Of a stretch of 30,578 bases of DNA, positions 16,095 through 24,547 are shown in pieces (position 1 is the stretch's first letter; each line of letters begins with the position of its first letter). The notes beneath the pieces are model-generated. The model saw only the letters and a list, made by a program, of their open reading frames with translations. It did not search any database and had not been told where the DNA came from. A program made the position numbers and the translations under genes. Source of the DNA: a virus (taxonomy: Duplodnaviria; Caudoviricetes). The stretch spans positions 1-30,578 of the IMG/VR virus record IMGVR_UViG_3300024335_000660, one strand, 5' to 3'.

Positions 16095-16397
16095 TTATTC
16101 TACTTCTTCAACAACTACGTCTAAAGGAAAGCCTGCTTGTCTAGCCTCTGTAATTGTTTCGATACATTTTTGTTCTGCTACTTCGTAACTATAAGTACCT
16201 GCAATACCACGACCATTTTCATGTATATCCATAGTAATAGAAGTTGCATCGTCATGTACTTTATTGAAGGTTGTCACTAGTATTTGGATAACAAACTCCA
16301 TAGGAGTTGCATCGTCATTTAACATGATAACATGATATTTTGGTGGTGTTTTTAAACGTACTGCTTCGCTTACTGCTTCTTTATTTTCTTGTGCCAT
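16095..16397 (-). CDS. clpS: Clp protease adaptor ClpS
   Basis: PPKYHVIMLNDDATPMEFV, IHENGRG, EVAEQK, GFPL. Confidence 0.93.
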   Translation of the reverse strand: MAQENKEAVSEAVRLKTPPKYHVIMLNDDATPMEFVIQILVTTFNKVHDDATSITMDIHENGRGIAGTYSYEVAEQKCIETITEARQAGFPLDVVVEEVE

Positions 16398-16419
16398 TGC
16401 TAGTCCTTAAACTAAATTA

Positions 16420-16650
16420 TTATCGATTGTTTTCTTTTGCAATACGTCTTCGGTGACGTGCTGTTGCTGCTGCTTCAGACGCTAAACGTTTTGCTGTATT
16501 ACTTACAAAATGTTGACGATCTCTTAGCTCTTGTAGGATTCCATCATTCATCATTTTCTTTTTTAATTTTCTCATTGCCTGGTCAACGTTATTGTTTTGT
16601 ACTTTAACGCTTAATCCGCCATCACTTCGAGAATGTTTACTGTTTGCCAT
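16420..16650 (-). CDS. rpsU: Ribosomal protein bS21
   Basis: VKVQNNNVDQAMRKLKKKM...GILQELRDRQHF. Confidence 0.88.
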   Translation of the reverse strand: MANSKHSRSDGGLSVKVQNNNVDQAMRKLKKKMMNDGILQELRDRQHFVSNTAKRLASEAAATARHRRRIAKENNR

Positions 16651-16686
16651 TATTTCACTTTCTTATATGTATATAGCAAGATTCAA

Positions 16687-17892
16687 TTAACCCTTAACCA
16701 ATAAGGGCGGCATATCATCTTTAATAGTTTGGTCAGTAATAACGATCTTTGTAACGCCACGTTCTGACAAATCTGGTAGTTCGTATTGAATATCTATTAA
16801 TGCACGATCGAGTATTTTTCTTAATCCTCTGGCACCTAGCTTCTGTTCAATTGCTATAGTAGCAACTGCATCCAATGCTTTTTTACTAAATTCAATCTCA
16901 ACATTGTCCATTTTAAATAGCTCCTTATATTGGGATACGATATTATTTTCTGGTTCTGTTAAAATTCTTATCAAGTCATCTTTGGATAACTCATGTAATG
17001 TATTTATACTTGGAAGACGTCCTACGAACTCAGGTATTAAACCATACTTAACAAAGTCAGTTGTTTGTAAGTGTTCTTCCCAATTAGTAACTAATGTGGC
17101 TTCGCCATCTTGAAAGCCTATTTTATTTTTACCTATACGCTGTAGCACTGTCTCATCTAGTCCTACAAATGCGCCTGACACTATAAACAATATATCCTTG
17201 GTATCTATATCAATACGCTCAGGATTGTGATTTGGTTGGTTTGGTATACTTACAATAGTACCTTCCATTAACTTTAGTAAACTTTGTTGTACTCCTTCTC
17301 CACTCACGTCACGACTTAAACTTACCATGTCATTACGCTTGGCTTTTTTATCTATCTCATCTACATATATAATACCTATTGAAGCTTTGTCAAGATCATA
17401 ATTAGCATCTTGTACTAACTTGTGTATTAATACTTCAGCATCGTCTCCTGCATAACCGCTTTCTGTTATTACTGTCGCATCTGTAATAACCATAGGTACT
17501 TTTAATTGTTGTGCTAATGTTTGTGCAATTAGAGTTTTGCCACATCCTGTTGGGCCTGTAATTAATATATTACTCTTGCCAATGTTAACTTTTGCTTTGC
17601 TTGTTATTCTTTTATAATGATTATAAACTGCTACACTTATGGATTTCTTTGCATTGTCCTGTCCAATTACATGCTTGTTTAAATAACTATGAAGCTCTTT
17701 AGGAGGGATACGCTTAGTAGCCTTACGGGCTTTGCTAATTTCTTTACCTTCTTCTGTGGTGTCATCATTAAGTATATGCCAACATAAATCAACACATAGA
17801 TTACATATATGTGTTGACTCGTTACCAGCTAAAAGTTTCTTAACTTGATGCTTATCTTTTCCACAAAAGTTACAAGATGGCGAGCTAGTCAT
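16687..17892 (-). CDS. clpX: ClpX AAA+ unfoldase
   Basis: C4 zinc domain (CNFC...CNLC), VIGQ, GPTGCGKT, YVDEIDK, RDVSGEGVQQSLLK, IGF loop, PEFVGRLP, GARGLR. Confidence 0.95.
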   Translation of the reverse strand: MTSSPSCNFCGKDKHQVKKLLAGNESTHICNLCVDLCWHILNDDTTEEGKEISKARKATKRIPPKELHSYLNKHVIGQDNAKKSISVAVYNHYKRITSKAKVNIGKSNILITGPTGCGKTLIAQTLAQQLKVPMVITDATVITESGYAGDDAEVLIHKLVQDANYDLDKASIGIIYVDEIDKKAKRNDMVSLSRDVSGEGVQQSLLKLMEGTIVSIPNQPNHNPERIDIDTKDILFIVSGAFVGLDETVLQRIGKNKIGFQDGEATLVTNWEEHLQTTDFVKYGLIPEFVGRLPSINTLHELSKDDLIRILTEPENNIVSQYKELFKMDNVEIEFSKKALDAVATIAIEQKLGARGLRKILDRALIDIQYELPDLSERGVTKIVITDQTIKDDMPPLLVKG

Positions 17893-18337
17893 CTAGATAT
17901 CCAAATCCAGGTGCTGTTTGTATTTTAAGGTATGCATCTAATTCGTTTATATCAGACAGCATAACATATTTACTTGATGCGTTTATTAATTTGATCGCTT
18001 CACGTCTCTTTTTCTTTGGGCTGTAGAAAATTACCTGATGTCCTTCATCAACAGTTTTTAATAATGCTGCCATGATATCTTCATACGCACATGTGTCTAT
18101 ATCCAGTATCATAAACTCACATGATCTACTAACATGCCACAGCCATGGCAATGATACTGATGTGGTTTTACTGCCTTGTACATAAAACACAATACTGTTC
18201 ATGATATATTTTTCTACAAGTAACTTAATGCCAGAAGTTAACTTTGCATCAGTACTTGATATTACTACGCTAACACCATTGTCAGAAAGAAAGAGGTCTG
18301 GTGATGTTACTGTGTAACTGCTATTATCTGGTTTCAT
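17885..18337 (-). CDS. Hypothetical protein, coupled to clpX
   Basis: 150-aa ORF overlapping the clpX start. Confidence 0.7.
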   Translation of the reverse strand: MKPDNSSYTVTSPDLFLSDNGVSVVISSTDAKLTSGIKLLVEKYIMNSIVFYVQGSKTTSVSLPWLWHVSRSCEFMILDIDTCAYEDIMAALLKTVDEGHQVIFYSPKKKRREAIKLINASSKYVMLSDINELDAYLKIQTAPGFGYLDD

Positions 18338-18352
18338 GTAGTTCTATTTCTA

Positions 18353-19765
18353 TTAGTTATTATCTATTAAGTCTTTTATTGTAGCGTATTCAGGATTACC
18401 AGGTTCATATGTTACACCTTTGTAAACTATCTTATCAGTATACAGGTTTTCTTGTACTACGTCAACTATTACTGGCTGTTTTTCTTTAACAATTTTCTTC
18501 TTAATACTATTTACCTTTTTTTTTGGTTGTACTTTTTCTGGCTCTGGTTCAGAAACTTTTACAACTGGCTTGTGTTCTATAACTGGTTCCTGTTTACGTT
18601 TGCGAGTCTTTTGGTTTTGCTCAACTAAACTAATACCTGATATAACTAATGCAACTGCAAGTGGATCAAAAACAAATACAAGTATCAGTATAACTGCCCT
18701 AACTGCTTGCTCGAGTGATGATGTTCCTGCATCAGTACCATAAACCATTTCAGCAATATACTTAACTGGTCCTACTTCTGCTTCTAGTACACGTGCTTGT
18801 GATTCAATCTCATACTTCTTTTCCATTAAAGTACCTATAGTATTGTTAGCTTTTTTAATTTTAATACTCTGTTCGTCAACATCAGCTTCAACTGTGTCTG
18901 CATTTCCTCTGCCAAGCTGACTACGTAGGCGAGTAACTAGTTGATTAGAATCTGCAATCTCTCTTTCTGCGATTGCACGAACACGAGCAATTTCTGTAGA
19001 GGCTTTATCACGTAGCTGTTGTATTTGACTTAATGCTACTTGCTTCTTATTCTCTAAGTTTACTTTATAATCCTCTACTGCTTGTGCTGTTTTGCTTCCC
19101 CAAGCCCCATCTGGTTTAGCTTTTACAAAAGCTTGTAATGTCCTAACTTTGTCTCTATCACGTGTATCAATTGCTGTAAGTTCACTTAGTTTAACTAAGT
19201 CACTTGATGATATATCAAACTCTTGTTGCCAAGGAACAATACTTGCTAATAGTGATTCTTTTAAATCAGTTACAGTTAGTTCAATACGATTATTAGCTGA
19301 TGTAATACGTTGCTGTTCTGCTTCAATTTTAGTCTGTAGAGTGTCATCTACTACTGTGCTTGCATTGTTTAAATTTTGTATTGTAATTTCTGCACGTGAT
19401 ATAATATCCTCGTTGCGAGAGATTTCTGTTTGCAGACGTTCTAACTGTGCAACACCTTCAGTAGCAACTGCTGTTTGCTCAATATGCGCTTTACTTAAGA
19501 AGCCAAAAATACCCATACTTGTGATGAACATTAGTAGCATTGTAGCGAATACCAAATATGATTTAATTAAAAATCCTGCTCTAGTCCAATTTAAATGAAG
19601 CCATACCGCTGTAGTTAATTTACCAACTTCTAGAGCTGCTCCCATGATAATAACTGGTACTACTGCGCTGGCAAAAATTGCAACTAATCCTACTATACTA
19701 TAATATGCGGCAACTACACTAATACATAATGCTACAAATACTGTCCAATATCCAAATAATCTCAT
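18353..19765 (-). CDS. Membrane protein with a long coiled coil and an embedded peptidoglycan-binding-like motif
   Basis: Three N-terminal TMs (AAYYSIVGL, LEVGK, TSMGIFGFLSKAH), heptad region, VRTLQ...DGAWGSKTAQAV, C-terminal TM (FVFDPLAV). Confidence 0.75.
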   Translation of the reverse strand: MRLFGYWTVFVALCISVVAAYYSIVGLVAIFASAVVPVIIMGAALEVGKLTTAVWLHLNWTRAGFLIKSYLVFATMLLMFITSMGIFGFLSKAHIEQTAVATEGVAQLERLQTEISRNEDIISRAEITIQNLNNASTVVDDTLQTKIEAEQQRITSANNRIELTVTDLKESLLASIVPWQQEFDISSSDLVKLSELTAIDTRDRDKVRTLQAFVKAKPDGAWGSKTAQAVEDYKVNLENKKQVALSQIQQLRDKASTEIARVRAIAEREIADSNQLVTRLRSQLGRGNADTVEADVDEQSIKIKKANNTIGTLMEKKYEIESQARVLEAEVGPVKYIAEMVYGTDAGTSSLEQAVRAVILILVFVFDPLAVALVISGISLVEQNQKTRKRKQEPVIEHKPVVKVSEPEPEKVQPKKKVNSIKKKIVKEKQPVIVDVVQENLYTDKIVYKGVTYEPGNPEYATIKDLIDNN

Positions 19766-19766
19766 T

Positions 19767-20123
19767 TTATTTTGCTCCGTTAAAATACTCCACTGCATAT
19801 CCTTCTGCTACCATTAAATCATTTAAATTAACTTGGTCGCCAAATTTGTCAGTTACAAGTATTATACCCATTATACGTCCATATTTACCTCGTTTATTGA
19901 GTACACTTTTAATTACAAAAGTTTTGTTAAGTAATTCCATTAATCTCGCCTTTGCTTCTAATCCACGTTCTTTTGTCTCTAGATCAGATGACTTGCTATC
20001 AGGAGTAGCTATGCCATATAGCTTAACTCGCTGTGATATAGATATGTCGAATCCTAAGTCGATAGAAACATCAAGTGTGTCGCCATCTATAATTCTTACT
20101 AGGGTTGCTTTATATGTATACAT
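19767..20123 (-). CDS. Thermonuclease (SNase)-fold protein with altered catalytic motif
   Basis: IIDGDTLDVSIDLGF, VKLYGIATPDS (family pattern VRLxGIDTPE), KYGR. Confidence 0.8.
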   Translation of the reverse strand: MYTYKATLVRIIDGDTLDVSIDLGFDISISQRVKLYGIATPDSKSSDLETKERGLEAKARLMELLNKTFVIKSVLNKRGKYGRIMGIILVTDKFGDQVNLNDLMVAEGYAVEYFNGAK

Positions 20124-20163
20124 TTATTTTATCCTTAGTTTACAGATTAATAACCCTGCTGTA

Positions 20164-20170
20164 TATTTAT
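20164..20170 (-). promoter_or_regulatory. T4-late-type promoter
   Basis: ATAAATA about 40 nt upstream of the SNase-fold gene. Confidence 0.6.
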
Positions 20171-20187
20171 TATGCAAATACTGTTAC

Positions 20188-20763
20188 TTAACGTATACTA
20201 TTATTGCTATGTGACCAATGCTTTGCTTGTTTACTTGATGGTGGGGTATTTAAAAAATCATACACTGAATTAGCAACTGCTTCTAGTTTATATTTTCTAC
20301 CAGCATCTTGTGTATTCTCACTGGTGTCTATAACATGAAAATTGTCTTGATTAAATATTTCTTTAAATTTTATAAGATTGTCTTGTGCCTGGTTCCACTC
20401 TACAGTAACTAATTCTGCAGGAGTTCTTTTATTGCCTTCTTGATTTCGCTTGTGAGTAACTTCAAGATTAGCTGTAACAAATAACATAATAGTATCATAT
20501 CCTAGCTTCTCTACCATGTCTAATTGAGCTTGAACTTTTTCTACATCTCTTCCATTACTAGGCAAAAGTAGTCCTACTCGATTATATGCAAAGCTTGAGT
20601 CAATTTCATCACAGTTAACTGGTCTAAGACTAGTCCCATTCAACATAGTATTAGCCACAAATGCTTTTCCAGAACAAGGGCCGCCCACAAGGAAAACTGC
20701 CTTGAACTTGTGCGGATCATTAAAATCTGTCTGTGGTTTTACTAATATATCAAGTATCTTCAT
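20188..20763 (-). CDS. P-loop kinase-like protein (zeta-toxin/AAA_33-like), degenerate
   Basis: KAVFLVGGPCSGKAF, LGYDTIMLFV, RN...R lid motif. Confidence 0.65.
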   Translation of the reverse strand: MKILDILVKPQTDFNDPHKFKAVFLVGGPCSGKAFVANTMLNGTSLRPVNCDEIDSSFAYNRVGLLLPSNGRDVEKVQAQLDMVEKLGYDTIMLFVTANLEVTHKRNQEGNKRTPAELVTVEWNQAQDNLIKFKEIFNQDNFHVIDTSENTQDAGRKYKLEAVANSVYDFLNTPPSSKQAKHWSHSNNSIR

Positions 20764-20768
20764 AGTTA

Positions 20769-20776
20769 TATTTATA
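20769..20776 (-). promoter_or_regulatory. T4-late-type promoter
   Basis: TATAAATA-TAACT-ATG. Confidence 0.7.
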
Positions 20777-20794
20777 ACTTGTCAACAAGAATTA

Positions 20795-20817
20795 TGCTGG
20801 GTAGTTAATACCCAGCA
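20795..20817 (-). terminator. Terminator-like hairpin after clpP
   Basis: TGCTGGGTA-N5-TACCCAGCA perfect 9-bp stem; weak U-tail. Confidence 0.7.
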
Positions 20818-20845
20818 CTACATTTAGTTTAACCTACTTGATCTA

Positions 20846-21460
20846 TTATTTTTTTGTGATTACTTTGTCAGCTAATCCAAATTCAACTGCTTCTTGTGCT
20901 GAAAGGAATGTGTCAAACTTCATTGTTTCAAAGAACGTATCATATGTTTTGCCTGCTGTATTATGATCTACATACAACTGCGTTAGGCGTTCATTAATTT
21001 TTTTAGATTCTTCCATTGAACGAATAGTATCTTCAAATTGTAGTTCTTGTACATGTACACTTCCACTTGTACCTGGTGTGCCACTACTTACTCTGTGGAT
21101 CATTGTGCGTGAGTTAGGTAATACAAATCGCTTGCCTGGTTCACCTGCTTGTGCTAGGAATGAACCCATACTACATGCTTGTCCCATAACAATAGTTGAT
21201 ACTGGTGCATTAATAAACTGCATAGTATCGTAAATTGATAGTCCTGCTGTTACGCTTCCGCCTGGAGAATTGATATAAAAATTAATATCTTCATCTGGGT
21301 TTTGTGATTCTAAAAATAGCATTTGTGCTACTACTAGGTTTGCACTATTATCATTAACATCTGTATTGAGCATAACGATACGATCTTTTAGTAAGCGGCT
21401 GAAAATATCGTAAGAACGTTCGCCGCGACCTGTTTGTTCTACTACCATTGGGACTAGCAT
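20846..21460 (-). CDS. clpP: ClpP peptidase
   Basis: [38 protein letters not shown] (Ser), MIH (His), FDTF (Asp), EAVEFGLAD. Confidence 0.96.
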   Translation of the reverse strand: MLVPMVVEQTGRGERSYDIFSRLLKDRIVMLNTDVNDNSANLVVAQMLFLESQNPDEDINFYINSPGGSVTAGLSIYDTMQFINAPVSTIVMGQACSMGSFLAQAGEPGKRFVLPNSRTMIHRVSSGTPGTSGSVHVQELQFEDTIRSMEESKKINERLTQLYVDHNTAGKTYDTFFETMKFDTFLSAQEAVEFGLADKVITKK

Positions 21461-21466
21461 AAAATA

Positions 21467-22318
21467 TTACTCCTTGTATCTAGCTTGTAAATCAAATATA
21501 ATTGAATATCTCTGATTGTGTGTTGGATCTGGATTGTGTGCCATGCCATGGTAAGTAGGCTTCCACCCACTTTGTTCTGCATGTTCACCAAACATCCACA
21601 TCATATTATTTTTGTCTAAACCTTCAATAAATTCCCACTCATTGTTGTTTGTATTTTTGGCATGGAATTCTGTAAAGTTTTCACCTAGGTGTAATCCGCC
21701 TAATGTTTCATCACAATGATCGTCACCAAAACGTTCAGTGTTATGTTTTCTATGAGACACTCTTGTTTCATCAGTGGCTACCGGTACAGTATACTGGATA
21801 ATCATTAATTTGTAAAGAACTTTCTCCCACAAATCTTCCTGATCACTATAGCACTCTTTTAAATAATGCTGTAGTACAGGCTTAAATGTATCATGCATAT
21901 TTGTGAAGTAGTCAAGCTCAGGAAACTTACCTGCTGTTTTCTCTTTTGTCCAATCATATACATAAAGTTTTCTACGTTGTACAAAATCTCTAGTTTCTGA
22001 TTTTTCGTCATACCAACTAATTGGTCCATGCATTGTATCAACATCATAACCAAAACATGGTCCTTGATGTTTTAATGAAAAACTTTTGTTTGGAATATCT
22101 TCGTCACGCCAAGTATTAATTAATACAGGATCATCTGGATCAATTTCATTTAGTGTAAGATACTCAATTGTATCCAAGTTTTGAAATAACTGATCAGCTA
22201 CCTGATACCTATCTGAAAATTTAGATACTAGATCAGATGACAATGTTACTGGCCAATGGCCAGTATCCTGTAGTTTTTTAAGTTCAGCATATGTAAAAAG
22301 TTCACTCATTGTCTTCAT
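21467..22318 (-). CDS. 2OG-Fe(II) oxygenase-like protein
   Basis: HCD (HxD), PTYHGM distal His, RYS (RxS); start may be 22309. Confidence 0.7.
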   Translation of the reverse strand: MKTMSELFTYAELKKLQDTGHWPVTLSSDLVSKFSDRYQVADQLFQNLDTIEYLTLNEIDPDDPVLINTWRDEDIPNKSFSLKHQGPCFGYDVDTMHGPISWYDEKSETRDFVQRRKLYVYDWTKEKTAGKFPELDYFTNMHDTFKPVLQHYLKECYSDQEDLWEKVLYKLMIIQYTVPVATDETRVSHRKHNTERFGDDHCDETLGGLHLGENFTEFHAKNTNNNEWEFIEGLDKNNMMWMFGEHAEQSGWKPTYHGMAHNPDPTHNQRYSIIFDLQARYKE

Positions 22319-22523
22319 AAAAGTGTTCTACAGGCTGTATGAGTGTTTCACCATGTTTATCTTTACTAAGTGAAATAACGCCACTGTTTGCTAGCGTCTT
22401 CAAAGTGGTATCCATAGTAAAAATTGAGCCTTCATTAAACCCATCACTATGTCCACGTTTATAGCTAAAGAAAGCACAAGCTATAGTAAAGCATCCAAAG
22501 ATTAAATATAATTGCATATCCAT
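22302..22523 (-). CDS. Small membrane-anchored protein
   Basis: N-terminal TM followed by YKRGHSDGFNEG. Confidence 0.7.
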   Translation of the reverse strand: MDMQLYLIFGCFTIACAFFSYKRGHSDGFNEGSIFTMDTTLKTLANSGVISLSKDKHGETLIQPVEHFYEDNE

Positions 22524-22525
22524 AT

Positions 22526-22672
22526 TTATTCTTCCATACGACCAGATATTACTTGAGCTGCTCCTGCTGCATATGATTCTTTATGAATAACTGCACTCTC
22601 TTCTAGAGTTAACCCTTCATAGCGTTCACGTTCACCAGTTTCCCAGTTTTTAATAATTTCAACATACCACAT
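22526..22672 (-). CDS. 48-aa hypothetical protein (absent from the ORF track)
   Basis: MWYVEIIKNWETGERERYEGL...; AAGGA RBS; fills the gap between its neighbours. Confidence 0.7.
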   Translation of the reverse strand: MWYVEIIKNWETGERERYEGLTLEESAVIHKESYAAGAAQVISGRMEE

Positions 22673-22675
22673 TTT

Positions 22676-22894
22676 TTATTCCTTACCTAACTCATCATGC
22701 CATATAGCTGATGCTGTTTCCTGAATATATTCTTCACCATGATTGCAATATGACATTGTTAGATCATCTTGCTCATATAATTTCCATACCAAACGATTAA
22801 ATTGTACAAACGATTTACATTCATCAACACGATCTAATGCTTCATCGTAGATGCGGTCTTCAGCATCCATTACCATTTGTTTCATTTGTCCCAT
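22676..22894 (-). CDS. Acidic hypothetical protein
   Basis: AAGGA RBS, tight packing. Confidence 0.7.
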   Translation of the reverse strand: MGQMKQMVMDAEDRIYDEALDRVDECKSFVQFNRLVWKLYEQDDLTMSYCNHGEEYIQETASAIWHDELGKE

Positions 22895-22895
22895 A

Positions 22896-23102
22896 TTATT
22901 CCTTTCTCATAGTGTTTCGCTTATAAATGTTATAAGCCTTAACAGTTGTTTCATTATGTGCTAGTGGAGCACGTTCGATAAACTCCATTAGTTCATCCCA
23001 TTTCATTCCTAAAAATATACACTGCTTTTCTAATACAGTTGTTGCGCCTTTAAGTTGCATATTAACTCTCCTAAGATTAAGCGGCAATTTTTGATTGGCC
23101 AT
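22896..23102 (-). CDS. Hypothetical protein
   Basis: ORF within the early operon; start could be the internal MQLKG. Confidence 0.65.
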   Translation of the reverse strand: MANQKLPLNLRRVNMQLKGATTVLEKQCIFLGMKWDELMEFIERAPLAHNETTVKAYNIYKRNTMRKE

Positions 23103-23316
23103 TTACAAACGATGCTTCACAGTATACAAAAACTTCTTCACGTACTGATGTATCATCTGCTTCTTCAAACGCTTGACATTCTGACAAACTAATTAAGTCG
23201 CCCAATACACAGTTGAAAAGCTCGTCTAAATCAGTAAAGCCACGTCCGATAAATTCATCTGCGATTGCTTTAACTGCTGCGTTACCTGCGTCTGTGAACA
23301 TTGCGAAGTTTGTCAT
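23077..23316 (-). CDS. Acidic hypothetical early protein
   Basis: First gene behind the promoter; AAGGA RBS. Confidence 0.7.
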   Translation of the reverse strand: MTNFAMFTDAGNAAVKAIADEFIGRGFTDLDELFNCVLGDLISLSECQAFEEADDTSVREEVFVYCEASFVNGQSKIAA

Positions 23317-23352
23317 TTTGTAATCCTTTGTTTGTTTACTTGCTATATATAC

Positions 23353-23381
23353 TGTCTAGCAGTTCTATACCAATATGTCAA
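23353..23381 (-). promoter_or_regulatory. sigma70-type promoter
   Basis: TTGACA-N17-TAGACA with TGn; the -7 T is absent. Confidence 0.65.
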
Positions 23382-23449
23382 CAAAAAAGTGACAAATAAA
23401 TGAAAAAGGTTTCCAATAAAATCAATAGGTTAAAAATTATTTTCAATTT

Positions 23450-24547
23450 TTATTTAAATTGTTCAGCAAAAGGATCAAATTCTGTACCACATTTCTGTGC
23501 GCAGACTCCTAGTTTGCCGTTTTTAATACTGTCAAGCTTCCAACTATCTTGTATATTTTGCATAATACCACTATCAAACACTCCACGCATGCCGTTCTTT
23601 TTGATACTAATGCCGTCTTTACCGCCTGCCGCATCAATAAAGTCCCAGATTTGTTCTGTTTTTGGGTCTTTATGCCACCACTTGTACATACGACCTGCTG
23701 TCCAACAACATGGCATTGCAAGTCCTTCAGCTGTAACAAATAAGCTTTGATTTTTACCTCGTTGTGCTACTTTACAACTAATAGTGGCTTGATTATAATA
23801 GTCCATCATACTTCCGTATGTTTTTTCAATCTCTTTTAGTTTAAGTATTGCTAAGTTTTGGTGCTCTAACTTTTTAGGCTTTGCTAATTTAGTAGTTTCA
23901 GCGCCTTTGCGATTCTTTGCTTGGTGTGACTCTTTCTTTTTGCTGTCTTGTGTAATAAATCTACCTGTTTTCTTTTTAGTGAACTTCTCTACGCCCCACT
24001 CTTTGGCTAACTGTTCTGCACGTTCTACATCACATTCACTATGTTCAAATATCAAGTAATCCCATCTAGCTCTACCACCTGCGGCAATAAATGCTTTCAT
24101 GTTACGCTCTACTTTATCCCATTGTACATTTTGCCTATACAAATGGTTTGTATTCTCTAATCCATCTACACTAAAGATAACTGTGCCTTTTCGACCTATT
24201 ACATTAGCTAATTCTGTCCACCATTCTACATCACGTGCGCCTGCATTGGTGTTCATACTTAACCACATCTCACTATTGCAATCACGGAACCATTGCATAA
24301 TTTCTAATGTGTCCCTTGCGCTTATTGGATCTCCCAAGTTACCACACATATACATTACATCTAACTGTGCAATAAAATCTGCAGGAAACATATCAATACA
24401 ATCGTCAAGTGTTAGCTCTTGTTCATCTCCACGTATATGTTGATTAACTGGTCCGCCATTTTCATTACGGTCACACATTGGACACGCAGCATTACACCTC
24501 TGGGTTACTTCCAGATGTACTTCATTAATATCTTCGTAATTATACAT
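23450..24547 (-). CDS. Radical SAM protein with twitch/SPASM-like cysteines (paralog of 4229-5443)
   Basis: CNAACPMC, CGNLGDP, NTNAG, DGLENTNHLYR, MPCCW, CAQKC; GGAG RBS before MYNYED. Confidence 0.9.
   Translation of the reverse strand: MYNYEDINEVHLEVTQRCNAACPMCDRNENGGPVNQHIRGDEQELTLDDCIDMFPADFIAQLDVMYMCGNLGDPISARDTLEIMQWFRDCNSEMWLSMNTNAGARDVEWWTELANVIGRKGTVIFSVDGLENTNHLYRQNVQWDKVERNMKAFIAAGGRARWDYLIFEHSECDVERAEQLAKEWGVEKFTKKKTGRFITQDSKKKESHQAKNRKGAETTKLAKPKKLEHQNLAILKLKEIEKTYGSMMDYYNQATISCKVAQRGKNQSLFVTAEGLAMPCCWTAGRMYKWWHKDPKTEQIWDFIDAAGGKDGISIKKNGMRGVFDSGIMQNIQDSWKLDSIKNGKLGVCAQKCGTEFDPFAEQFK

Noticed and set aside
19092-20214. Long plus-strand ORFs (19092-19598, 19729-20214) and similar antisense ORFs throughout the window
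   Set aside because: They are shadows of well-supported opposite-strand genes, with no RBS or recognisable motifs.
20780-20785. TTGACA upstream of the P-loop gene
   Set aside because: No -10 hexamer at 17 bp; the adjacent TATAAATA box explains the site better.
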